From Reclinomonas americana ATCC 50394 (lineage: Eukaryota), in NCBI GenBank assembly GCA_048213135.1, contig PS015009.1, forward strand, positions 248,001 through 312,000: DNA of 64,000 nucleotides, read 5' to 3'. The position numbers were made by a program, and so were the translations under genes. Positions 1 to 9,019 of this stretch are shown piece by piece. Numbering within the stretch: the first letter of the stretch is position 1; the number at the start of each line of letters is the position of its first letter. Below the pieces are notes generated by a model. That model was not told where the DNA came from, made no database searches, and saw nothing but the letters and a program-made list of their open reading frames with translations.

Positions 1-541
1 CGAAAGCACCTACCGTGTAGGAGTTGGTCCCGTGTATGAAAAGCAGGTAAGGTTTGTCAGATTTTTTAGGCGCAGCTTTTGTAAACTGGAAGGAATTATT
101 GATCGAATACAGTCCGCTCCTGCCTTCCAGCAGTTTTTTCTCCAGGCCTATGGCGATGTCCTTCACTTTGCGGGTCACCGCTTTTTTAGTGAACACGTTC
201 AGTATTTTCAAAGCGATATCGCCAATGAAACCACGTTTGTTATCCCCGGAATCGAGATAAGCGGGCAGTTCAAATGTTTCACCTGCTGCACGTTTGCGTC
301 CTGTGGCCTCAGGAAAGACATGATAGAGCGAATCGGTACCACCAAACCAGGTGCTGTCATCATCAAAGATAAATTCGAGGAGATCGTTCTCGCCGAGGTT
401 GAGTTCATGTACCTCGCCGATGGCCCTTGTAGCGCTGACCTGGTAGCTGGCTTTCCACTCCAGGCGGGCATCGTTAGCGGTTTGCCTGGATACGGTTTCA
501 GCGCCATCGTTTTTAATACCACGCAGAACGATCTTTTTCAT
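1..541 (-). CDS. 5' part of a large protein running off the window; alpha/beta-hydrolase-like segment (possibly a CHAT-domain fusion family)
   Basis: Manual translation from ATG at 541: MKKIVLRGIKNDGAETV...KKSDKPYLLFIHGTNSYTVGAF, open to base 1. Not in the ORF track because it has no stop in the window. LLFIHGT resembles a hydrolase oxyanion strand. Confidence 0.75.
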   Translation of the reverse strand, partial: MKKIVLRGIKNDGAETVSRQTANDARLEWKASYQVSATRAIGEVHELNLGENDLLEFIFDDDSTWFGGTDSLYHVFPEATGRKRAAGETFELPAYLDSGDNKRGFIGDIALKILNVFTKKAVTRKVKDIAIGLEKKLLEGRSGLYSINNSFQFTKAAPKKSDKPYLLFIHGTNSYTVGAF

Positions 542-673
542 ATGCAGGATTTTTTGGTGAGATGAAAATAAGATTTTTATTTTTCCCACCTTCAGTGGGT
601 TTTTATTTTAACACAGAAAACAAGAGAGCACAAGGGTTCTGCAGAGAATTTTATCCTGCGACAGGTCTGAGCA

Positions 674-702
674 CAAAAAAAGCAACACTATTCATGTTGC
701 TT
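674..702 (-). terminator. intrinsic terminator after ffh
   Basis: Minus strand AAGCAACA-tgaatag-TGTTGCTT followed by a T run. Confidence 0.6.
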
Positions 703-788
703 CCTTATGCATTTTGTTACCTCAAATATCATGACTTATCCTGCCGGATGAAGTCAATTATCTCATCATCAGATTTGCAAATTATCAA

Positions 789-2111
789 TTATCTTTTTGT
801 CATCCCCTGCATCCTGCCCATCGGCATTTTGTTCATCATTTTCATCATGCCTTTCATTTGTTCAAACTGTTTCAGGAACTGGTTCAGTTCGTTCATATCA
901 CGACCACTTCCCCTGGAAATGCGTTCTTTCCTGCTGGCATTGATCAGGTCGGGATTACGGCGTTCTTCGAGGGTCATGGCATTGATCATGGCTTCAATAC
1001 CTTTGAAGGAATCGTTACTGATGTCGATATCTTTGATCTGTTTGCCCACACCGGGTATCATGCCCATCAGGTCTTTCAGGTTACCCATTTTTTTGATCTG
1101 CTGCAGCTGGGTTTTGAAGTCCTCGAAATCGAACTGATTTTTGCGGATCTTTTTTTCCAGGCGTGCGGCTTCTTTTTCATCAAACTGCTCCTGCGCTTTT
1201 TCTACCAGGCTTACGATATCACCCATGCCCAGGATACGCTGCGCCATCCTTTCAGGATAGAACACATCCAGCGTTTCCATTTTTTCCCCGTTACTGGCAA
1301 ACTTGATCGGTTTGTTAACGGTGTATTTAATGGAAAGAGCTGCACCACCGCGGGTATCACCATCAAGCTTGGTCAGCACCACGCCGCTGAAATCGAGTCT
1401 TTCATTGAAAGCGGCTGCGGTATTCACAGCATCCTGGCCGGTCATACTGTCTACTACGAACAATATCTCATCGGGTTTTACCGCTTCCTTTACATTCGCC
1501 ACTTCAGTCATCATCACTTCATCAACGGCCAAACGACCGGCAGTATCGATGATCACCACATTTTTATTCCTTGACTTCGCCGCAGCAATGGCATTCTTCG
1601 CAATGCTGACAGCATCTTTATTTTCGCGTTCGCTGTATACATCAACGCCCACCTGTCCGCCGAGTACTTCCAGCTGGTCAATCGCCGCAGGACGGTAAAT
1701 ATCAGCTGCCACCAACAGGGGTGATTTGCCCTTTTTGGTTTTAAGATAATTGGCCAGCTTACCACTGAAAGTGGTTTTACCACTACCCTGCAAACCCGCT
1801 ACCAGTATAACCGCCGGGTTGCCGGTGATGTTGAATTCGCTTTCGCTGCCGCCCATCAGTTCAGTGAGTTCGTCCTGTACGATCTTTACCATTTGCTGCC
1901 CGGGGTTAACCGACAGCAGTACTTTGGAACCGATCGCTTTTTCTTTCACTTTATCGGTGAATTCTTTCGCGATCTTGTAGTTCACATCCGCGTCTACCAG
2001 TGCCCTGCGTATATCCTTTACCGTATTGGCAATATTTAATTCAGATATCCGTCCCTCGCCTTTTATATTCTTAAAGGCCGATTCTAATTTTTCTGAAAGA
2101 TTATTGAACAT
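789..2111 (-). CDS. ffh: signal recognition particle protein Ffh
   Basis: GLQGSGKTT P-loop, DTAGR, TKLDGDTRGGAALS and Met-rich M domain. Confidence 0.98.
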   Translation of the reverse strand: MFNNLSEKLESAFKNIKGEGRISELNIANTVKDIRRALVDADVNYKIAKEFTDKVKEKAIGSKVLLSVNPGQQMVKIVQDELTELMGGSESEFNITGNPAVILVAGLQGSGKTTFSGKLANYLKTKKGKSPLLVAADIYRPAAIDQLEVLGGQVGVDVYSERENKDAVSIAKNAIAAAKSRNKNVVIIDTAGRLAVDEVMMTEVANVKEAVKPDEILFVVDSMTGQDAVNTAAAFNERLDFSGVVLTKLDGDTRGGAALSIKYTVNKPIKFASNGEKMETLDVFYPERMAQRILGMGDIVSLVEKAQEQFDEKEAARLEKKIRKNQFDFEDFKTQLQQIKKMGNLKDLMGMIPGVGKQIKDIDISNDSFKGIEAMINAMTLEERRNPDLINASRKERISRGSGRDMNELNQFLKQFEQMKGMMKMMNKMPMGRMQGMTKR

Positions 2112-2214
2112 GAGTTATGAGTGTTCTTTTATTTTTTTAGTTTCATGAATTCAAAAGTCAAAAAACTTCCGGTCATTTCAGACACTTTTTGAATTTTTGC
2201 TTTTGACTTATTTA

Positions 2215-4959
2215 TTAAATCGAAAAAGCCGTATCCACAATCTGCGCCTGCTCCTTAGCGTGTATCTTGGAGTAGCCGCTTGCTGTGGAAGCGCTGGCCT
2301 GCCGGCTGATCACATAAAAATTGATGCCGGCAAGATTCATACGCAGGAATGTGGCGGCGCCCATATTGAGCGGCTCCTCCTGTACCCAGTACCAGATCGC
2401 TTTGTTATAGCGTTTGTACAGTTCGTCGAGTTGTTTTTGCGGTAACGGATGTATCTGCTCCAGGCGGATGATGGCCACATCGCTGCGGTTGTCTTTTTGT
2501 TTGCGTTCGGCCAGGTCAAAATACATTTTACCACTGCATAGCAGTACTTTGGTAACGGCCCCGGCATCCTTCACCAATTCATCATCAATCACTTCCTTAA
2601 ATCCGCCGCTGGTAAATTCGCTCATCACGCTGTAGGAGCCCGGGTGACGCAGGTTGGCCTTGGGTGAGAATACGATCAGCGGTTTGCGGAACGGCCATGC
2701 CAGCTGCCTCCTGAGCAGGTGGAAGAAGTTGGCGGCTGTTGTTGTGTTCACCACTACCATGTTCAGCTCTGCACACATTTGCAGGAAGCGTTCCATACGG
2801 GCGCTGCTGTGCTCAGGACCTTGTCCCTCGTAACCGTGCGGCAGCAGCATCACCACACCATTCATACGCTGCCATTTCGTTTCAGCAGCAGCAATGAACT
2901 GATCGATCATGGTTTGAGCACCATTGCAGAAATCGCCGAACTGCGCCTCCCAGATGGTGAGCGCATTCGGGTTAGCCATAGCATACCCATACTCAAAGCC
3001 CAGAACCGCGTACTCACTCAGCAAAGAGTTGTAAATGCGGAAGGGCGATTGTGTTTCGGTAAAATGATTCAGCCTGTTGTAACCTTCATTGGTATTTTCG
3101 TCGTAGATCACGGCGTGGCGGTGACTGAAAGTACCGCGTTTTACATCCTGTCCGCTCATACGTACATCCTTGCCTTCAATAAGCAGACTGCCATAGGCCA
3201 TGAGTTCGCCAGTTGCCCAGTCCACTTTCTTTTCGTCGCTGAACAGTTTCAGTTTATCCTGTATCAGCTTGTCTACTTTACGCAGGGGTTTAAAACTCTC
3301 CGGCCATTTCATCAGCCCGTTGTACAGCAGGTCAAACTGCTGCTGGTTGATGGCGGTTACGGGTGACGCGTCAAAGTCTTCCGGCGTTGCTTTGCGTAAA
3401 GACTTCCACACCAGTTCAGGCGGCTGGTAGCTGTAAGGAAGCGGGTTCTGCTTCACTTCGTCTAACCGCTCCTGTAAGTCGGCCAGGAAACGCTGCTCCA
3501 TTTCGCGGGCCAGCGCCTGTGCGTCGGGTTCACCGTTCTGGATCAGGAACTGGGTATATACTTCACGTGGATTGAGGTGTTTGTCGATCAGCGAATACAG
3601 TTGCGGCTGCGTGAACTTGGGTTCATCGCCTTCGTTATGACCATGGCGGCGATAGCATACCATGTCGATAAAGATATCGCTATTGAACTCCTGGCGGTAG
3701 CGGGTAGCGATCTCGCTGGCTTTTACCACCGCTTCAGCATCATCACCGTTAACGTGGAGTACCGGAGCCTGCACCATGGCCGCTACAGAAGTGCAATAGT
3801 CGGCAGTACGGGCATCATCAAAATCGGTAGTGAAACCGATCTGGTTGTTGATCACAAAATGTATGGTGCCGCCGGTGTAATAGCCTTTCAGGCCGCTCAT
3901 CTGCAGTACTTCATATACAATGCCCTGTCCTGCTACCGACGCGTCGCCATGAATGAGTATGGGTAATATTTTATCAAAGTCACTGTCGTATAATACATCG
4001 GCTTTGCTGCGGGAATAACCGATCACAACGGGGTCAACCGCTTCCAGGTGCGATGGATTGGGACAGAGTTTGAGGTGTATTTTTTTACCAGAAGATGTTT
4101 CCACCTCACTGCTGAAGCCCAGGTGATATTTTACGTCACCGCTGCCCATGGTGGTATCCGGCATGCTGGTGCCTTCAAATTCGCTGAAGATCTGCTCATA
4201 GGTCTTGCCCATGATATTGGCCAGCACATTCAGTCTGCCGCGGTGTGCCATACCGATCACCACTTCCTGTACCCCGCTCTGTTCCCCGCTGTTGATGATG
4301 GCGTCGAGCGCAGCTATGGTTGTTTCCCCGCCTTCGAGCGAGAAACGTTTTTGCCCGATATACTTGGTGTGAAGGAATTTTTCAAACATCACCCCCTCGT
4401 TCAGTTTCTGGAGGATGCGTTTTTTCTGTTCCAGCGGCACAGGTTTCAGGATGGTCGATTCCACCGCATCTGCCAGCCATTCGATCTTAGTCATGTCGTT
4501 GAGTGCGCTGTATTCCACACCTACATGACTGGTATAACATTTTTGCAGGTGGTCAACGATCTGTTTCAGGGTAGCTTTGCCGAGTTTAACAAAACGTCCG
4601 GCTTCGAACTCTGTATTGAGGTCAGCATCGCTCAAACCAAAATTGGCCAGATCAAGATTCGCATGCCTGTCCTTTCTTTCGCGGATGGGATTGGTTTTGG
4701 CCACCAGGTGTCCCTTTTTACGGTAAGCCTGTATCAGCTGGTACACACCAAATTCTTTGTCGAGCATACCCGCGCTTACCGGTGCCGAACCTGTTGCAAC
4801 AGCTCCGTTGGCCGGTTTGGCGTTGCTTACGGCAAAATCAAATCCTTCAAAGAACTTACGCATTTCAGGGTCAATCGTGCCCGGGTCTTTTACAAAATCC
4901 TGGTACAGGCCTTCAATATAAGCGGGATGTGAACTGGTGATGTACTGAAAATCCTTCAT
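2215..4959 (-). CDS. sucA: 2-oxoglutarate dehydrogenase E1
   Basis: KRFSLEGGE, GMAHRGRLN, HGDAS, GHNEGDEP, WEAQFGDF and PHGYEGQGPEHSSAR motifs. Confidence 0.98.
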   Translation of the reverse strand: MKDFQYITSSHPAYIEGLYQDFVKDPGTIDPEMRKFFEGFDFAVSNAKPANGAVATGSAPVSAGMLDKEFGVYQLIQAYRKKGHLVAKTNPIRERKDRHANLDLANFGLSDADLNTEFEAGRFVKLGKATLKQIVDHLQKCYTSHVGVEYSALNDMTKIEWLADAVESTILKPVPLEQKKRILQKLNEGVMFEKFLHTKYIGQKRFSLEGGETTIAALDAIINSGEQSGVQEVVIGMAHRGRLNVLANIMGKTYEQIFSEFEGTSMPDTTMGSGDVKYHLGFSSEVETSSGKKIHLKLCPNPSHLEAVDPVVIGYSRSKADVLYDSDFDKILPILIHGDASVAGQGIVYEVLQMSGLKGYYTGGTIHFVINNQIGFTTDFDDARTADYCTSVAAMVQAPVLHVNGDDAEAVVKASEIATRYRQEFNSDIFIDMVCYRRHGHNEGDEPKFTQPQLYSLIDKHLNPREVYTQFLIQNGEPDAQALAREMEQRFLADLQERLDEVKQNPLPYSYQPPELVWKSLRKATPEDFDASPVTAINQQQFDLLYNGLMKWPESFKPLRKVDKLIQDKLKLFSDEKKVDWATGELMAYGSLLIEGKDVRMSGQDVKRGTFSHRHAVIYDENTNEGYNRLNHFTETQSPFRIYNSLLSEYAVLGFEYGYAMANPNALTIWEAQFGDFCNGAQTMIDQFIAAAETKWQRMNGVVMLLPHGYEGQGPEHSSARMERFLQMCAELNMVVVNTTTAANFFHLLRRQLAWPFRKPLIVFSPKANLRHPGSYSVMSEFTSGGFKEVIDDELVKDAGAVTKVLLCSGKMYFDLAERKQKDNRSDVAIIRLEQIHPLPQKQLDELYKRYNKAIWYWVQEEPLNMGAATFLRMNLAGINFYVISRQASASTASGYSKIHAKEQAQIVDTAFSI

Positions 4960-5056
4960 GTGCTGATGCTGTGTTTTATGCTCCGGGCGGACTTACCGGG
5001 GTCGATAACGTTCCCGCCTGCCGGATGACTTTTTTCGAGTTGCAAATATCGGTTAA

Positions 5057-5551
5057 TTATGGATTGGAAGTTGCGCCCGCCCTTGGCATTTTTCCCATAA
5101 GGGCAACCAAAATGGCGCTGATGAGCACATAGGCTGAAAAGTAATAAAATCCGGGTTCCAGGAAGGCTTTGGTGTTGTCCATGGCCTGTGCGCCCAGGAA
5201 AGCTACCAGTATGCTGATGGCGAATACGTCGGCCATGGCCCATTTGCTGATGGCCGATACCCACCGGTAGTACCTGGCCGGGGCCTGTGGTGCCAGCAGG
5301 ATATAGAAAATGAGCCCTGATTTTAATGCGGGAACAAGGATCCCGAAAAGGAAAATGAGGGCAAAAGGCCAGTAATTACCCCCGTTCCAGAGGCTGCTGA
5401 GGGTGCCGAGGGCGCTTCTTTTCTCGTTAAAAAGGTTAAAATCGACAAGGAAATGGGTGGAAATATCGATGTGAAGCATGTCTTTTACCCATCCCAGTCC
5501 CAATAAGACCAGGGAAACAACGTGAAAAAAGAGGAATATATAACGGTTCAT
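5057..5551 (-). CDS. paraquat-inducible protein A-like membrane protein
   Basis: Four hydrophobic segments; ISKWAMADVF matches the PqiA (G/S)(R/K)WSMxDVF motif; LEPGFYYF. Confidence 0.75.
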   Translation of the reverse strand: MNRYIFLFFHVVSLVLLGLGWVKDMLHIDISTHFLVDFNLFNEKRSALGTLSSLWNGGNYWPFALIFLFGILVPALKSGLIFYILLAPQAPARYYRWVSAISKWAMADVFAISILVAFLGAQAMDNTKAFLEPGFYYFSAYVLISAILVALMGKMPRAGATSNP

Positions 5552-5648
5552 GGCGCTGAAATAAGCTGAAAAATAGGTGTAAAAGCATGAATTCAGGGAA
5601 ATTTTAAAATTTGTATTGCAAAAAGCAATATTTATCCCGCCCTTCCCT

Positions 5649-5656
5649 TATCTTTG
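5649..5656 (+). promoter_or_regulatory. Bacteroidota sigma-70 -7 element for rpsT
   Basis: TATCTTTG (TAnnTTTG) 22 nt before the rpsT ATG. Confidence 0.7.
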
Positions 5657-5678
5657 CAGCCCAAAAATTAGAATTTAA

Positions 5679-5933
5679 ATGGCAAATCATTCAGCAACCA
5701 AAAAAGATGTGCGTCAGAGCGCAAAGCGTAACGAACGTAACCGTTATTATGGTAAAACTACCCGTAACGCTATCCGTGACTTAAAAGCAAGCGACAAGAC
5801 CGCAGCTACAGAACAATTTCCGAAAGTTGCTTCCATGATCGACAAACTGGCCAAGCGTGGTACCATCCACAAAAATAAAGCCGCTAACCTGAAGAGCAAG
5901 CTGGCTAAAAGGCTGAACGCTTTAGCGAAGTAA
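5679..5933 (+). CDS. rpsT: 30S ribosomal protein S20
   Basis: MANHSATKKDVRQ...IHKNKAANLKSKL. Confidence 0.97.
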   Translation: MANHSATKKDVRQSAKRNERNRYYGKTTRNAIRDLKASDKTAATEQFPKVASMIDKLAKRGTIHKNKAANLKSKLAKRLNALAK

Positions 5934-5955
5934 TTTTTGTTGTTTACATCATATT

Positions 5956-5991
5956 AAAAGCCCGTCAATATCATAATTGATGGGCTTTTTT
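5956..5991 (+). terminator. intrinsic terminator after rpsT
   Basis: AAAAGCCCGTCAAT...ATTGATGGGCTTTTTT hairpin plus T tract. Confidence 0.8.
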
Positions 5992-6064
5992 GTTGACAAA
6001 TACTTAATATGTCTTATGTAACTATACCCTAATTTTGGGGGTCTCTCTTATCACAAAGGCATAT

Positions 6065-8833
6065 ATGAAAAGAACGTTACTCTTACTTACCTCTCTTTTC
6101 CTGGTATTCCATGGATTTGCACAAACCAATCCATCCGCTCAAAATTTACCAGTCAGCATTAATTTCGGAACTACCGCGTTTACTCCGCCATTTACCAATA
6201 TGGTAGCCTGGACGGGTGATGGAACAAGACCTTATATGACCCAGGCTGCTGCAGAAGCAAGTGGGCCAGGAGCAAACTGTACTGCTTTGTTTAGTACCAC
6301 ACCTGCAAGTGCTGGTGCCCCCGGACAATACGGCCACGTTGTGAGCGGGAGCAGCAGGCTGACCATATTATTATCAAGCAATACTACCAACGGTACTACC
6401 CAGGCCGCATTGGCGATCAATACCATCGCTACAACCAATGTCATTATCGCCTACGATGCATCCCTTTCTGTTTCGAATGCAAGAGATGTTGGCATCGCAT
6501 TGCAATATCGTATCGGCACCACTGGCTCCTTCACCACTATCGCGGGCACAGCAGCTACTTACAATTCGGGCACTTCGAATGGCGGCGACGCTGACGGACC
6601 AACTGATCTTGACAATTACTCAGTCGTATTACCGGCAGCAGCTGAGAACCAGGCTGTTGTTCAGCTCCGCTGGATCACCTGGAGGGGCAGCCAGGCGGGT
6701 AATAACTCCGGCATTGGTATTGACAATATCAGCATTACCGGCGGTACTACTCCCTGCCCTGAGCCGACAGCACAAGCCACCGACCTGTCACTAACGTCTA
6801 CGCCTACCAGCGTTTCAGGCACGTTCACCAATGCGGTTCCCGCGGCAGATGATTACATCATAGTAAGAAGTACTTCTGCCAGCCTGGGTGCCAGTCCTGC
6901 TGATGCAATAACATACAGCGTTGGACAAACCATTGGCTCTGGTACTGTCATCAGCGTGGCATCGGGCAACGCCTTTACCGATAACAGCCTTACGCCTAAT
7001 ACGCACTATTACTATTTTGTATTTGCCTATAATAATGAAGGTTGCAGTGGCGGCCCTAATTATCTCACTACCCTTAACCCGGCACCCGCAGGCAATACCA
7101 ACGATATTTTCACACAGCCGCTTCCCTCTTGTTCCACACCCACTGCAGCGCCCACCAACCTGGTACTCACACCTTCCAGTAACAGTGTACTCGGTTCCTT
7201 TACTGCCGTAGCAGACGCCAATCGCTACCTGGTGGTACGCAGCCTCAGCAGTACACTAAGCGCCAGCCCGGTTAACGGAACGGCTTATACCGGCGGGCAG
7301 GCATTCGGCGGAGGTGTTGTTGTCAGCTACAACAGCAACAACTCTTTTGTCGCCAACGGGCTTAGCACGAGTACCCAGTATTACTTCTTTGTATTTGCCG
7401 CCAACAGCGAATGTTCAGGCGAGCCATTTTATAATACCCTTTCACTCGACGGAAACGCTACCACCACCAATATTGCAGGCGTACCAGCGGGCTATTACAC
7501 CGCAGCCGACGGACTTTCCTGCCAGCCGTTGAAAAGCACATTGCAAACCATCATCAGCAATGGTTATGTACAACTGTCCTACAATGATGTGTGGGACGCG
7601 TATCAATACACAGATATGCACCGCAATGATGCGAATACCGCCGACATCATCTGGGATATTTACAGCGATAACCCCGCTGGCCCCGAACCCTATACGTATA
7701 CATTCGGCACCAACCAGTGCGGTACTTACAACAGCGAAGCTGACTGCTACAACAGGGAACATTCCACACCCAAATCCTGGTTTAACGACGCGTATCCCAT
7801 GTACAGTGATGTGAACCATCTTTATCCTACCGACGGATATGTGAACAATTACCGCGGCAACTTCCCATACGGTGAAGTGAGCAGCGCGACTTTTACTTCC
7901 GCCAATGGCAGCAAACTGGGTACCGGCAGCAATTTTGGTTATAACGGCACTGTGTTTGAACCGAGGAACGAATTCAAAGGCGACCTGGCCCGTACCAGTT
8001 TGTATATGGCCACCCGCTACGAGAACCAGATCATCAGCAACAACTGGTCAACTAACGGTACCGCCAATGCGCTATTCCTGAGTACCTCCGATCAGCCCGA
8101 TGCCGCCAAAAGAAGATTACAGATATACGATACCTGGTACATAAAAACCATGTTCAAATGGATGAACCAGGACCCTGTCAGCCAGAAAGAGACGGACAGG
8201 AATAATGCCGTATACTACCAATCCGGGCAGAACAACAGGAACCCTTATATTGATCATCCTGAATATGCAGCACTCGTGTGGCAGTGTACCGGCGTATTGC
8301 CCGTGACCATTGTGGACTTTACCGCACAACGTAATAATGAATCCGTTCTGCTGAGGTGGTATGCTACCTTCGAAACCAGTTTCAGGAAATATGAAGTGGA
8401 GCGAAGTATTGATGGCATGAGCTATACCAAAATCGGCGAAGTGGCCGGCCGCAACCTGGCGACGTATGATTTTACCGACTATGATCTGCCCTTAAGCAAC
8501 AGGGTGTATTACAGGCTGAAAATGATCGATGCCGACGGGCAGTACCGTTACAGCAAAACGGTATCACTGCAACTTGGTAACCTGTTCTCCAGCGCGCTGG
8601 TATATCCTAATCCCACTACCGATAAACTGACGATAAAACTGGAGAAAGCCCTCACCTCCAATGGCCTCCTGCTGATCACCGATATGAGTGGCAGGACCGT
8701 TTTGCAGCAGGTCGTATCGGCAGGCAACGCAACTATTCCTGTTATTGTAAAGCAACTGAGCGCCGGCCGGTATTTTATCCGCATGGCAGCTGGCAATATA
8801 CTGGTGAATCAATCGTTCGTAGTGGTTAAGTAA
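6065..8833 (+). CDS. T9SS-secreted endonuclease I family nuclease with FN3-like repeats
   Basis: Signal peptide from MKRTLL (start set at 6065), two FN3-like repeats, nuclease motifs YNREHSTPKSW, HLYPTDG, FKGDLAR and NRNPYIDHPE, C-terminal VYPNP...GRYFI T9SS sorting domain. Confidence 0.9.
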   Translation: MKRTLLLLTSLFLVFHGFAQTNPSAQNLPVSINFGTTAFTPPFTNMVAWTGDGTRPYMTQAAAEASGPGANCTALFSTTPASAGAPGQYGHVVSGSSRLTILLSSNTTNGTTQAALAINTIATTNVIIAYDASLSVSNARDVGIALQYRIGTTGSFTTIAGTAATYNSGTSNGGDADGPTDLDNYSVVLPAAAENQAVVQLRWITWRGSQAGNNSGIGIDNISITGGTTPCPEPTAQATDLSLTSTPTSVSGTFTNAVPAADDYIIVRSTSASLGASPADAITYSVGQTIGSGTVISVASGNAFTDNSLTPNTHYYYFVFAYNNEGCSGGPNYLTTLNPAPAGNTNDIFTQPLPSCSTPTAAPTNLVLTPSSNSVLGSFTAVADANRYLVVRSLSSTLSASPVNGTAYTGGQAFGGGVVVSYNSNNSFVANGLSTSTQYYFFVFAANSECSGEPFYNTLSLDGNATTTNIAGVPAGYYTAADGLSCQPLKSTLQTIISNGYVQLSYNDVWDAYQYTDMHRNDANTADIIWDIYSDNPAGPEPYTYTFGTNQCGTYNSEADCYNREHSTPKSWFNDAYPMYSDVNHLYPTDGYVNNYRGNFPYGEVSSATFTSANGSKLGTGSNFGYNGTVFEPRNEFKGDLARTSLYMATRYENQIISNNWSTNGTANALFLSTSDQPDAAKRRLQIYDTWYIKTMFKWMNQDPVSQKETDRNNAVYYQSGQNNRNPYIDHPEYAALVWQCTGVLPVTIVDFTAQRNNESVLLRWYATFETSFRKYEVERSIDGMSYTKIGEVAGRNLATYDFTDYDLPLSNRVYYRLKMIDADGQYRYSKTVSLQLGNLFSSALVYPNPTTDKLTIKLEKALTSNGLLLITDMSGRTVLQQVVSAGNATIPVIVKQLSAGRYFIRMAAGNILVNQSFVVVK

Positions 8834-8857
8834 ATTGATTATGGCATTCTAATAAGC

Positions 8858-8888
8858 AAGACGCCTCTTTAGGGGCGTCTTTGTTTTT
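8858..8888 (+). terminator. intrinsic terminator
   Basis: AAGACGCCTC-ttta-GGGGCGTCTT followed by TGTTTT. Confidence 0.75.
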
Positions 8889-9019
8889 ACCGCCAAGAAC
8901 AGGAGAACGCAGAGTTAATACAAAGACTTTTTGAATTTTTAATTTTGACTTTTTACTTTCTTTGATAAACGGCTACCTCATCCCTTTGAAAAGTCGTAGC
9001 TTGACAAAAAATTTTCCAC

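Noticed and set aside
32..565. 177-aa + strand ORF (also 54..260 + and 208..522 -)
   Set aside because: Shadows of the minus-strand ORF starting at 541, which has a typical start and a hydrolase-like motif.
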